Source: Syntrophales bacterium
Lineage (GTDB): Bacteria > Desulfobacterota > Syntrophia > Syntrophales > UBA4778
Assembly: GCA_963665615.2 (NCBI GenBank)
Contig: CAXXQE010000001.1
Span: 637,151 to 701,150, forward strand
Direction of reading: 5' to 3'
Length of the DNA: 64,000 bases
Both the position numbers and the translations under genes were made by a program. This document shows, piece after piece, positions 19,573 to 29,820 of this stretch; positions within the stretch are counted from its first letter, which is position 1, and the number at the start of each line of letters is the position of its first letter. The notes under the pieces are model-generated. The model was not told the DNA's origin and searched no databases. It saw nothing but the letters and a program-made list of their open reading frames with translations.

Positions 19573-21741
19573 ATGGTTTTACGTCGTTGTTACAGCGTCA
19601 CATTTGTCTTTATTATGGCCAGTATTCTGGTTGCGGCGACGCAGGCGATGGCGTTGCCGTCATTTGAGCCGGTTAAAAAATCCTTTAGCCGGTCGGATGC
19701 TGTTCTACTGGATCGCTATGGCCAGGTTGTTGGCGAATTGCGCGTCGATCATAAAGCGCGGCGTCTCGACTGGGTTGCACTCAAGGATGTTTCACCGGCT
19801 TTGATCAGACAAGTGCTGCAAAGCGAGGACAGGCAATTTTACGGGCATTCCGGTGTCAACTGGAAATCGTTTGGAGCGGCGATGTTGGAGAATGTCTTCA
19901 CCGGCGGGTCGCGTGGCGCGAGCACCATTACCATGCAGGTTGTGTCCAAACTTGATTTCAATCTCCAACCAAGAGGAGGGAAACGATCGCTTGCCCAGAA
20001 ATGGGATCAGATTATCCTGGCACGGGAGTTGGAAAGGCACTGGAAAAAAGACGAGATCCTGGAGGCCTATCTCAATCTCATTGTGTTTCGCGGCGAATTA
20101 CAGGGGATTGCCGCTGCCTCACGCGCGCTCTTTGCGAAGGAACCGTCCGGTCTTAATGATTCGGAAGCGGCCATATTGGCTGCGCTGATTCGAGCGCCAA
20201 ACGCCGCTGCCGCAGATGTGGCACGAAGGGCGTGTGCACTGGTGAACGCGGGGATGCCTGCGTCTGTCGACACAATATCTCAGACCGCCGGACTTTGCCT
20301 GGCCATTCATGCAATCGCAGAAGAGCGCCTGTCTGGCGCATATTCGTTCAAACCGGGCGCCTCACTTGCGCCTCAGCTGGCCAGGGTGCTTCTAAAAAAT
20401 GGCCTCGAGCGGGTCATTTCGTCGCTGGATGGCCGACTCCAACGCTACGCACTCGAGTCATTACAACAGCAGTTGATAGCGCTGAAAGACCAGAATGTCA
20501 GAGATGGCGCGGTGCTTGTTGTAGACAATCATTCGGGTGAGATTCTCGCCTATGTTGGAAACGGCGGTATTTTTTCGAGTGCCTCATACGTGGATGGCGT
20601 CCGGGCGAAGCGGCAGGCGGGTTCGACCCTAAAGCCCTTTATCTATGAATATGCCGTTGAGAAAAAGCTCATTACGGCAGCGACCATCCTTGAAGATGCC
20701 CCCCTTCTGGTTCCTACGGCCATGGGCTTATATGCACCACAGAATTATGATAACGACTATCGCGGCCTTGTTCCCGTCCGCGCGGCGCTTGCCTCCTCGC
20801 TCAATATTCCGGCGGTTCGGGTGCTGATGCTCATTGGCGGCGACGAGGCCGTGAGACGGCTGGAACAGCTGGGGTTTAAAGAGTTGCGAACGGCAGAAGA
20901 TTATGGCATGTCCCTGGCGCTTGGATCACCGGATGTCACTCTCATGGAACTGGTCAACGCATACCGGACCATCGCCAACAGCGGCATCTGGAGCGAACTG
21001 TCACCGCTTGTCAGGGAAAAATCACCGGAACGTAAAAAGATCATGACACCGGAAGGGGCCTATATTATTTCCGACATCCTCTCGGATCGTGAGGCGCGTA
21101 GTCTGACATTCGGTTTCGAGAACTATCTGTCGACGCGCTTCTGGACAGCTGTCAAAACGGGAACGAGCAAGGATATGCGGGACAACTGGTGCATCGGTTT
21201 TTCCGAACACTATACAGTTGGGGTCTGGATGGGAAATTTTTCGGGCGAATCGATGCACAACGTGTCGGGTGTAAGCGGTGCGGCGCCGGTTTGGTTGGAT
21301 GTCATGAATTATCTGTATTCTAGGAAAAGCAGTACGGCGCCATTGCCCCCCAAGGGAATCGTCATGGCGCCTGTTGACGGACTTGCCGGCTTTGGTGCAG
21401 GCAAGCGGACGGAGCGCTTTCTTTCCGGAACAGAGCCCGTCGTTCCGAGGACGCCAGAGATCTCGTCCTTTAAGCGGTATCTATCGGCGCGTATACTTTA
21501 TCCTGCGTCTGGAACCATTATTGCGATCGATCCTGACATTCCCGCTGCCAATGCACGCGTTTTCTTTGAAGCGAGCAGGCAACCCCCGGATAGCGTTTGG
21601 CAATTGAATGGACAACTCATAGGTGAAAAGGGGAAATCGGTTTCTTGGAAGCCCAAACGAGGGCACTATCGGTTGGCGCTGCTGGATGCATCTAGCAAGA
21701 TTCTCGACTCGATTGAGTTCGAGGTGCGTGGCGGCGAATAA
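19573..21741 (+). CDS. pbpC: Penicillin-binding protein 1C
   Basis: Transglycosylase motifs EDRQF..H.GV and GASTITMQ; transpeptidase motifs GSTLKPF, SLN and KTGT; C-terminal BiPBP_C-like domain; next to A2M. Start uncertain (19558 or 19573). Confidence 0.93.
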   Translation: MVLRRCYSVTFVFIMASILVAATQAMALPSFEPVKKSFSRSDAVLLDRYGQVVGELRVDHKARRLDWVALKDVSPALIRQVLQSEDRQFYGHSGVNWKSFGAAMLENVFTGGSRGASTITMQVVSKLDFNLQPRGGKRSLAQKWDQIILARELERHWKKDEILEAYLNLIVFRGELQGIAAASRALFAKEPSGLNDSEAAILAALIRAPNAAAADVARRACALVNAGMPASVDTISQTAGLCLAIHAIAEERLSGAYSFKPGASLAPQLARVLLKNGLERVISSLDGRLQRYALESLQQQLIALKDQNVRDGAVLVVDNHSGEILAYVGNGGIFSSASYVDGVRAKRQAGSTLKPFIYEYAVEKKLITAATILEDAPLLVPTAMGLYAPQNYDNDYRGLVPVRAALASSLNIPAVRVLMLIGGDEAVRRLEQLGFKELRTAEDYGMSLALGSPDVTLMELVNAYRTIANSGIWSELSPLVREKSPERKKIMTPEGAYIISDILSDREARSLTFGFENYLSTRFWTAVKTGTSKDMRDNWCIGFSEHYTVGVWMGNFSGESMHNVSGVSGAAPVWLDVMNYLYSRKSSTAPLPPKGIVMAPVDGLAGFGAGKRTERFLSGTEPVVPRTPEISSFKRYLSARILYPASGTIIAIDPDIPAANARVFFEASRQPPDSVWQLNGQLIGEKGKSVSWKPKRGHYRLALLDASSKILDSIEFEVRGGE

Positions 21742-21777
21742 CTTGCACCTGCGTCTGACGGTGTCAAGACAATCGGC

Positions 21778-22116
21778 TCATTCCGGCGGTGGTCCATGAT
21801 GCTCGGGTTTGTTGGCGCCCGGTGTTTTCATGTCGTCGGGCTTGCAGGCGAAGTACTTTTTATCGGGTGTATACAGGCAAACACCTTTTGACTTGCCTGC
21901 GGTGCAAGTGTCGCCCGCCTTTTTCCCGACACAGGCATCGATGGCAAACTGCGGGATCGGCGGCCGTTTGCCCGTGTGGTCCGGACATTGACCAGGTGTC
22001 GAAGGCGCAGGCATATCGGAGGGATGATCCGTATCGGTCACATCGACTGCGCCAGCGGTTCCTGGCAATAGTGACAACATTCCAAGCAGCAAAACGATCC
22101 AAGGAAATTTCTTCAT
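21778..22116 (-). CDS. Small secreted Cys/Pro-rich hypothetical protein
   Basis: Signal peptide (..TAGA) and PP.PQFAIDAC.GK..GD.C...G.C...AC.P motif. Confidence 0.65.
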   Translation of the reverse strand: MKKFPWIVLLLGMLSLLPGTAGAVDVTDTDHPSDMPAPSTPGQCPDHTGKRPPIPQFAIDACVGKKAGDTCTAGKSKGVCLYTPDKKYFACKPDDMKTPGANKPEHHGPPPE

Positions 22117-22278
22117 TCCGGTCTGATCTCCCTAATGGCGCGGTCCTCTGGCGAAAAACGAAGCCATGAAGGCTCACCGTTGAAAACGCTAGCGAATCTC
22201 TTTAGCTCGGAGCCTAATGCCTGCCGCAATCAATGTCCAATTAAGAAGTGTGACGAGGGAGTTGCTTTTTGTAACACA

Positions 22279-23235
22279 TCAGGCGGAGAAGGTCAGCTTA
22301 GTGCCTGACATGTTCAGAATGAACTTTTCCGGCATCTTTTTTTCCATGTGCATAATGGCCTTGCGGCCGGTGCAGTGCGCCGGGATCAGGTAATCGGGAT
22401 CGAGTCGTTTGAGCTCGTCGGTTGTTCGTTCGATAATCGGTTCGAAAAGCGGGCCGGAGAGGTGAAAGCCCCCCATAACGGCGTGGATGTGTTGGATGCC
22501 TGTGACCTTGATCGCGTGCTCGATTGTATTGACGATGCCTGAGTGGGCGCAGCCGGAGAGGATGACCAGCCCCTTGTCCTTGAGATGGATCGCAATGGCC
22601 GTATCGTCCTCGATGTCATCGAAGGTCTCGCGTCCATTGTCGAGATAGCGGGCAATTGGAAAGCCCTTTTCAAAATCGGTCGTGCGTTCAATCTGTCCAA
22701 GGAAGAGGGCGTTGCCGCCCAGAATGGCTTGAGGCGCCTTCGTTTCCATGGTCCGGACGCCTGCGAGTGCAACCCGTTCGCGGGTAAAGTCAGGGAAGAA
22801 AAAGGTGGTGCCTTCGCCGTAACGGACGTAGCGCTTGGGCCTGAAGACCGAGGGATGGGCGAACAGGGGCAGATCCTTTCGGTCGATCATGGCGACGAGT
22901 TCTTCCAGTCCGCCGGTGTGGTCGCTGTGACCGTGGGACAGGACAAGGGCCTCGACAGGACGGAGGTCGATCTCCATGGCCCGGGCGTTGAAGGCCGCAC
23001 CACCCGGCGAGTAGCCGAAATCGAAGAGGAGACTCCGGGTCTCACCGTCGCGTGTAATTCGGACGAGGACACAGAAGCCGTGTTCCGCCAGAATCGAATT
23101 TTTAATCTCGCCGTCCTTGACGGCTGCGGCGCGCGTGACCACGTCGTTGTCGTCGCGTGCGGTAATGTCAATATAGTTGTCCTGCAGGGTTAGAATTTCA
23201 ATCCGTTCAACGGCAGGCAGGGACAGGGTTGTCAT
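22279..23235 (-). CDS. MBL-fold metallo-hydrolase (DHPS-like subgroup)
   Basis: AEHGF, LLFDFG, SHGHSDHTGG, GCAHSGIVN, GGFHL, PAHCTG; GAGG RBS before ATG 23235. Confidence 0.88.
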   Translation of the reverse strand: MTTLSLPAVERIEILTLQDNYIDITARDDNDVVTRAAAVKDGEIKNSILAEHGFCVLVRITRDGETRSLLFDFGYSPGGAAFNARAMEIDLRPVEALVLSHGHSDHTGGLEELVAMIDRKDLPLFAHPSVFRPKRYVRYGEGTTFFFPDFTRERVALAGVRTMETKAPQAILGGNALFLGQIERTTDFEKGFPIARYLDNGRETFDDIEDDTAIAIHLKDKGLVILSGCAHSGIVNTIEHAIKVTGIQHIHAVMGGFHLSGPLFEPIIERTTDELKRLDPDYLIPAHCTGRKAIMHMEKKMPEKFILNMSGTKLTFSA

Positions 23236-23325
23236 AGTGTCACCTCGCTTGAAGTAATCGTCTGCGAGTATAGAAAAGGAATGGAAGGGCGTCAATGGAA
23301 TAGATCTTCAATGATATGCGTTTTT

Positions 23326-25005
23326 TCACTTCTTCTCCGACTCCCAGTGATTGATAGCCAGCACGACATCGGAGGGCATGACGGCATCTTGAAGATCTTT
23401 CATGAGCAGGTGATCGCGGAAGGCGCGGCTGACAAGTGCGAGGATTTCCACCATTTCATTGGGCTTGCCGGCGGGTGACAGAATCATAAAGACGCACTCG
23501 ATCGGTTGTTCCGTGAGGACATCGGAAATGCCTTTTTTGGCAATGCCCACGATGACGCGGGACGAACGGAGATCATCGAGCCGCGCATGGGGAATCGCGA
23601 TGCCCTCGTTCAGGAACGTTGTGCCCTGGCTCTCCCGTTCCATGACGACGTTGAAGATGCGCGCGGGGCTCAGAATGCCGATCTTTTCCCATGCCAGGGT
23701 CGCAAGCTGCTGGAGGGCGTCGATCTTGGTGAGCGGAAAGTCCCAGATGATGACCTCTTCCTGGCTTACGAGGTGACTGAAAAGCAATTTTGCGGCCGCC
23801 CGTGTTGGCGGCGTGATTGCTATGGATGGCATGGGCGATGTGGGTTCTTCGGCTACATGCACGTCAACGTCCTCTTCCGGACGGGTCGTATCTGTGATGA
23901 CGATGGTTTTACCCTTGCTCCGGAAGATCAGCTCTTCGACCACGCTGCGTTTCCCGAGCAGTCGCTGCCACCGCGGAATCTGGCGGGGGCTTCCGATCAG
24001 GATGTGACCGACGCGGTATTCCCTGGCAAATTGCAGGATAGTGCCGGCCACGTCCTCGCCCTTGAAGACGAAGACAATCGCACCGAGTTGTTTGGCCAGG
24101 GTCAGGGTGTCTGTCAACAGACGTTGTGTTCTGGCATCAATGGCCGTGGGTTCTTCCGAAGGGGTTTGTACGTAAACTGCGTACCAGTTCCGGTTCAATC
24201 GGCCTGCCAGTCTCGAACCATAGCGAAGGAGTTTCTCTGAATTGGGGCCCTGGGAGCTCAGACAGACCATGACCTGATCGGGCGTTTGAGCGATCTCTTC
24301 CGTGCCGGGATCCCGGTAGCGTGAATCGATCAAGGCGGCCATTTCGCGGAGGGTCAGTTCCCGCAATTGATCCAGATTCGTTTTCTTGAAAAAATTCTGC
24401 AGAGCCGTCTGAATGCGTTCCTGGGGGTAGATTTTCCCCTCTGACAATCTTTCCTGGAGGTCTTCAAACGTCAGATCCACATTGACGAGCTGATCCGCCT
24501 CTGAGACGACGCTGTCTGGAACCCGTTCTCGCACCTTGACGCCCGTGGCCTGCTCGACGATGTTGTACAGGCTCTCCAGGTGCTGAATGTTCAGGGTGCT
24601 GATGACGTGAATGCCGGCATCGAGGATCTCCTGAATATCTTCATAGCGCTTGGCGTTGCGGCTGCCGGGCACGTTGGTATGTGCCAACTCGTCGATCAGG
24701 ACAATCTGCGGCTTGCGGGCCAGAACGGCATCCACATCCATTTCTTCTACCTGAATGCCGCGGTATTCTTGCTTCCGTCGCGGGATGACCTCAAGTCCCT
24801 CGACGAGCGTTGCCGTTTCCGCCCGCCCGTGCGTTTCCACAAAGCCGACGACCACGTCGATCCCCTCCTCGCGCAAGCGATGGCCCTCTTTCAGCATGCC
24901 ATACGTCTTACCCACCCCGGCCACATAGCCGAGATAGATCTTCAGTCGGCCGCGCTGGCTGCGGCGGATCATTCTCAGGAAGGTGTCCGCTCTGTTTTCC
25001 GTCAT
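23326..25005 (-). CDS. Kinase-less KdpD-like protein: KdpD N-terminal sensor domain, USP domain and PTS EIIA (Fru/Ntr-type) domain
   Basis: GRLKIYLGYVAGVGKT, ETHGR, DELAHTN, TLNIQHLESL, LRELTLR; USP region (VMVCLSS...YAVYV...ILIG); C-terminal ERESQGTT....IAIPHAR. No TM helices, HisKA or HATPase. Confidence 0.88.
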   Translation of the reverse strand: MTENRADTFLRMIRRSQRGRLKIYLGYVAGVGKTYGMLKEGHRLREEGIDVVVGFVETHGRAETATLVEGLEVIPRRKQEYRGIQVEEMDVDAVLARKPQIVLIDELAHTNVPGSRNAKRYEDIQEILDAGIHVISTLNIQHLESLYNIVEQATGVKVRERVPDSVVSEADQLVNVDLTFEDLQERLSEGKIYPQERIQTALQNFFKKTNLDQLRELTLREMAALIDSRYRDPGTEEIAQTPDQVMVCLSSQGPNSEKLLRYGSRLAGRLNRNWYAVYVQTPSEEPTAIDARTQRLLTDTLTLAKQLGAIVFVFKGEDVAGTILQFAREYRVGHILIGSPRQIPRWQRLLGKRSVVEELIFRSKGKTIVITDTTRPEEDVDVHVAEEPTSPMPSIAITPPTRAAAKLLFSHLVSQEEVIIWDFPLTKIDALQQLATLAWEKIGILSPARIFNVVMERESQGTTFLNEGIAIPHARLDDLRSSRVIVGIAKKGISDVLTEQPIECVFMILSPAGKPNEMVEILALVSRAFRDHLLMKDLQDAVMPSDVVLAINHWESEKK

Positions 25006-25589
25006 TTCCCCTCACCCGCGTCAAGATCGAGGTTCAGCGTCAGGACATTGACCCTCGGTTCTCCGAACAACCAGAAATCGCGGCATTCCGTGTGGTTGGC
25101 AATCAATTTCTGAATGCTCTCTTCTTTCATTCCCCTGGCATCTGCGACACGAGCCGCTTGCAGCCGCGCATTGACGACACTGATATGCGGATCGAGTCCG
25201 CTGCCGGAGGCGGTCACGGCATCAACGGGAACCAGCGCTGTGTCGCCGAGGCGATTCTCGTGACGATAGGCCTTGATCCTTTTTCCGACTGTTTCGATCA
25301 AATTTCGCGACAGCGGTCCCAGATTGCTTCCCCCGGAGTGCACGGGATCGTAGCCGGTTCCCGCAGCCGACGGTCGCGGATGAAAATAGGCTTCTCCTGA
25401 AAAGCCCTGACCAATGAGGCGCGACCCAACGAGCGTTCCCTTTTGCTTGATCAGCGATCCGTTGGCTTGATCGGGAAAGATGACCTGCGACAGGCCCCAG
25501 ATCACCGCCGGGTAGAGCCCGCAGCACAGGACAACCAGCGCCACTGTGGTCATGACAGCGACTCGCAATTCCGTCAAGAGATGTTTCAT
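25002..25589 (-). CDS. kdpC: K+-transporting ATPase subunit C
   Basis: FPDQANGSLI, GSRLIGQ, YFHPRPSA, SGGSNLGP, DAVTASGSGLDPHIS, GEPRVNVL.LN. Confidence 0.97.
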   Translation of the reverse strand: MKHLLTELRVAVMTTVALVVLCCGLYPAVIWGLSQVIFPDQANGSLIKQKGTLVGSRLIGQGFSGEAYFHPRPSAAGTGYDPVHSGGSNLGPLSRNLIETVGKRIKAYRHENRLGDTALVPVDAVTASGSGLDPHISVVNARLQAARVADARGMKEESIQKLIANHTECRDFWLFGEPRVNVLTLNLDLDAGEGK

Positions 25590-25640
25590 TTTTCCCTCGC
25601 TAAGCGCAACACAGTCTATAGGTCTTTTTTGAACAGCCCG

Positions 25641-27666
25641 CTAAATCAGATGTAAAGCGTTCACAATTATATCGATCACTTTGATCCCCGGAAAGGGGGC
25701 AATCAATCCCCCGAGGCCGTAGATCAGCACATTGCGCATCAGAATGCCGGAGGCGCTCATCGGTCGGAAATGTACGCCTCTCAGTGCCAGCGGGATCAGC
25801 GTGACGATAATGAGCGCGTTGAAAATGACGGCGCTCAGGATCGCGCTGGCAGGCGATCCCAGGTGCATGATGTTCATCGGCGCGATCACGGGAAAGGCGC
25901 CCATCAGCAAGGCCGGGATGATGGCGAAGTATTTGGCCACGTCGTTGGCGATGCTGAACGTCGTGAGGGCCCCGCGGGTGATGAGGAGCTGTTTGCCGAT
26001 CTCGACGACCTCGATGAGCTTGGTCGGATTGGAATCGAGATCGACCATGTTGCCCGCCTCTTTGGCCGCCTGTGTGCCCGTGTTCATGGCCACGCCGACA
26101 TCGGCCTGAGCCAGGGCCGGCGCGTCGTTCGTCCCGTCGCCCGTCATGGCGACCAGATGCCCCGCGGCCTGTTCTCTGCGGATGAGGGCCAGTTTATCCT
26201 CAGGCTTGGCTTCGGCGATGAAGTCATCGACACCCGCTTCGGCGGCAATGGCGCCGGCAGTGAGCTTGTTGTCCCCGGTAATCATCACGGTCTTGATGCC
26301 CATGGCCCTGAATCGTTCGAAGCGGTCACGCAGGCCCCCCTTGACGATGTCCTTCAGGTGAATCGTTCCGAAGACGCGGTCGCAGTCGGCCACGATGAGC
26401 GGCGTGCCGCCCAAGCGGGCGATCCGGTCCACGGTCTCTTGTACCTCGCGGGGCAGATTGCCGCCGATGAACTGCGTGATGACATCGGCGGAGCCCTTGC
26501 GGATCCGGCGGTCTTCCATGTCGACGCCGCTCATTCTCGTCTGGGCGGAGAAGGTCACGAATTGTGCGCCGTGCAGATCGGAAATTGTCCGGCCGCGGAT
26601 ACCGAAGCTCTTGGCGAGGACGACGATGCTGCGTCCCTCCGGCGTTTCGTCTGCCAGGGAGGCCAACTGCGCGACCTCCGCCAGGGCCTCGGCAGTGTAT
26701 CCGGGCGCCGGGATGAATTCCGTGGCCTGGCGGTCGCCAAGCGTGATAGTGCCCGTCTTGTCCAGCAGCAGTACATCGACATCCCCTGCGGCCTCGACGG
26801 CGCGGCCGCTCATGGCCAGGACGTTTTTCTGCACCATGCGGTCGATGCCGGCGATGCCGATGGCGCTCAGAAGTCCCCCGATTGTCGTCGGGATGAGGCA
26901 GACGAGCAGGGCCGTCAGCACGGTCAGGGTGAAGGAAACACCGGCATAGAGACCGAAGAACTTCAGCGTCATGATGACGATGAGAAAGACGATGGTCAAG
27001 GCGGACAGCAGGATGGTAAGCGCAATCTCGTTCGGCGTTTTCTGGCGCTTGGCGCCTTCGACCAGCGAGATCATCCGGTCCAGGAAACTGTGGCCGGGCT
27101 CGGCCGTGATCAGCACCTTGATGCGATCCGACAGTACGCGGGTTCCGCCGGTGACGGCGCTGCGATCTCCGCCCGCTTCCCTAATGACGGGCGCCGATTC
27201 ACCTGTAATGGCCGATTCATCGACTGTGGCAACCCCTTCGACGATCTCTCCGTCCACCGGGATGATCTCGCCTGCGGAGACGACAACCAGGTCGCCCTTT
27301 TTGAGAGACTCTGCCGGGAGTTGGCGTACAGAACCGTCCACCAGCACGACATTAGCGATGGTCTTTGTTCTCGTTTTTCGCAGTTCACCGGCCTGGGCCT
27401 TCCCCCGGCCCTCGGCAACCGCTTCTGCGAAATTTGCGAACAGGACCGTGAACCACAGCCACAAGGCGATCTGGATCCCGAAGGCAGGGGACTCCTTGGC
27501 GTTTGCTACGAAGAGTCCCAATGTCGTCATCATGGCGCCGATTTCCGTGACGAACATGACGGGATTCTTCACCATGTGGCGCGGGTCGAGCTTCACCACG
27601 GCCTCCAGGCAGGCCCGCCGGATGATTGCTTTGTCAAAGAGGGATCGTTTTTTTTGAGCGTGCCAT
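25641..27666 (-). CDS. kdpB: K+-transporting P-type ATPase subunit B (N-terminal frameshift in an A8 run at 27648-27655)
   Basis: [27 protein letters not shown]. Removing one A gives [29 protein letters not shown] from ATG 27666, which has a GAGGA RBS. Confidence 0.95.
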
Positions 27667-27675
27667 ATCGGTTCC

Positions 27676-29501
27676 TCAGTAGAGAAGGGTTGAGCCGGTC
27701 ATCAGAAAATGTTCGAGCACGGGTCCGAGTGACAGCGTCGGAAGAAAGGTCAGCGCACCGACAATGAGAATCGTTCCGGCGAGGAGACTGGCGAAGACTG
27801 GACCAGAGACCGGGAAACTCCCGCCGCTGGGCGCGATCCGCTTTTTCCCCGATAGGCTGCCCGCCAGGGCCAGGACGGGCACGATCATGAAGAACCGTCC
27901 GAGAAACATTGCAATGCCCAGAACGGTATTCCACGGGCGCGTGTCGGTCGTGAGTCCGGCGAAGGCGCTTCCGTTGTTTGCCGTTGCTGACGTAAAGGCA
28001 TAGAGGATTTCACTGAAGCCGTGAGGGCCGGCGTTATGGAGTCCGGCAATGCCCCAGCGGCTGACCACCGCCCAGGCCGTGAAGCCCAGAATGCTGACCG
28101 CGGCTATGAGAACATAGAGAACGCTGACCTTGATATCGTAGGCCTCGATCTTCTTGCCGAGATACTCGGGCGTGCGGCCCACCATGAGCCCCGCGATGAA
28201 AACGGTCAAAACGACGTAGATCAGCATGCCATAGAGACCGGCGCCAACGCCGCCGAAGACGATTTCCCCCAGTTGCATATTGAAGAGGGGGATCAGGCCG
28301 CCAAGCGGCGTGAAAGAATCATGCATGGCATTGACCGCGCCGCAGGAGGCATCGGTCGTGACGGTCGCGAAGAGCGCCGACTGGAAAACGCCGAAACGGA
28401 CCTCCTTTCCCTCCAGGTTGCCGCCGGAAGGATCGACGCCGAGGGCGCTCAGGCGGGGATTGCCTACTGACTCGCAGTGCCAGCATACCGTCAAGGCGAT
28501 CAGAAAAAAGACCAGCATGGTTCCCCAGAGCGTCCAGCCGTGGCGCTGGTTTTTCACCATCCTGCCCAGCGTATAAGTGAGTGCGCTCGGGATGAGAAAG
28601 ATAGACAGGATCTGGAGGAAATTGGCGAGTGGCGTCGGATTTTCGAAGGGATGGGCGGCATTGGCATTGAAGAAGCCGCCGCCATTGGTCCCCAGCATCT
28701 TGATCGCAACCTGTGATGCCACGGGGCCTTGCGCGATGGACTGTGTCTTCAGCCTGCGACTCTCCATCAAGGTCTTGCCTTGGGCATCTTTGATGTCATG
28801 ACCGCTTGTATCCTGTTTCGGAACCTGAATGGTCGCCGGTTCGAGAAGACGGGCGTTATCGTAGGGTCTGAAATTCTGGATCACCCCCTGCGAAACGAGA
28901 AAGAGCGCATAGACGACACAGATTGGGATCAGTACGTAGAGTGTGGAACGGATGATATCCGCCCAAAAGTTGCCGATGACGGCTGCGCTCTGTCTTGTGA
29001 TGCCCCTGAGAAGGGCCGCGGCAACGGCCATTCCGGTCGCTGCGGAAGCGAAGTTATGGAAGACGAGCGCCGTCATCTGGGAAAAATAGGAGAGGGTGGA
29101 TTCTCCGCCATAGTTTTGCCAGTTGGTATTCGTGGCGAAGCTGATCGCCGTATTGAAGGCAAGGTCGGCGCTGATCGGGCTGAATTTCTGCGGGTTCAAG
29201 GGCAACAGGTGTTGAATCCTCAGCACTGCGTATGTCAACAGCACGCCGACCAGGCTGAATGTGAGCAGGGAGACGGCATACCGCGGCCATGTCTCGGCGC
29301 AACACCCAACCAAGGTTCCTGTAATCTGGGATCTATCCCCAGCAGACGATAAATTCCGCGTTCCACGGGGCGCAGCGCCGGGTCCAGAAAGGTTTTGCCG
29401 ACAGGGTCGAAGACACGGCAAAGATAAAGTCCAAGCGGTTTTGTCAGGGCCGCCAAGAGTGCGATAAACAGACAGAGTTGAACCAATTCATACGAATGCA
29501 T
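27676..29501 (-). CDS. kdpA: K+-transporting ATPase subunit A (frame broken by ~23 extra nt at 29296-29318)
   Basis: N-terminus LTKPLGLYL...[14 protein letters not shown] in ORF 29235..29501. The rest ([47 protein letters not shown]) is in ORF 27676..29421. Confidence 0.93.
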
Positions 29502-29519
29502 TTTGCTTCTCCTCTTGAC

Positions 29520-29646
29520 GGCTGTTCAAAAAGGCTCAGAGACAAGGCGCGCTTGTCCCCATGTTGTTTGTTGGGGAGGATCGAGCGGCGGAGCATACTT
29601 AAGCGTACATGAGCATGCGCCTGTCCCGGCGCTTTTCTCAACAGCC
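29520..29646. mobile_element. MITE/REP-like element with terminal inverted repeats between kdpF and kdpA
   Basis: Ends GGCTGTTCAAAAAGGC and (reverse complement) GGCTGTTGAGAAAAGC. A solo matching end lies at 25624-25638 between kdpB and kdpC. Confidence 0.55.
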
Positions 29647-29648
29647 CA

Positions 29649-29729
29649 CTAGAACTTCTCCGGCCTAACCACGGAAATAAACAGGTAAACGATTAATCCT
29701 ATACCGATCAGGAGTCCCAGGATTTCCAT
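29649..29729 (-). CDS. kdpF: K+-transporting ATPase subunit F (26 aa; not in ORF track)
   Basis: Manual translation MEILGLLIGIGLIVYLFISVVRPEKF*, matching the YL.....PEKF signature; upstream of kdpA. Confidence 0.92.
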   Translation of the reverse strand: MEILGLLIGIGLIVYLFISVVRPEKF

Positions 29730-29736
29730 ATTCTTC

Positions 29737-29820
29737 CTATAGCCTCTCGCAGCCCCATACAAACAGCTGGCAAAGTCCAAAACATGCCAGTGTCAGTGCA
29801 ATAAAGAAAATATCCATCAT
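29737..29820 (-). CDS. Small kdp-associated membrane peptide (26-27 aa; not in ORF track)
   Basis: Manual translation (M)MDIFFIALTLACFGLCQLFVWGCERL*. ATGA overlap with the kinase stop; 7 nt upstream of kdpF. Confidence 0.75.
   Translation of the reverse strand: MMDIFFIALTLACFGLCQLFVWGCERL

Noticed and set aside
25770..27767. 665-aa plus-strand ORF, and similar ones such as 40854..42149 and 4827..5921
   Set aside because: Antisense shadows of kdpB, alr and cinA/pgpA, as expected in GC-rich coding DNA.
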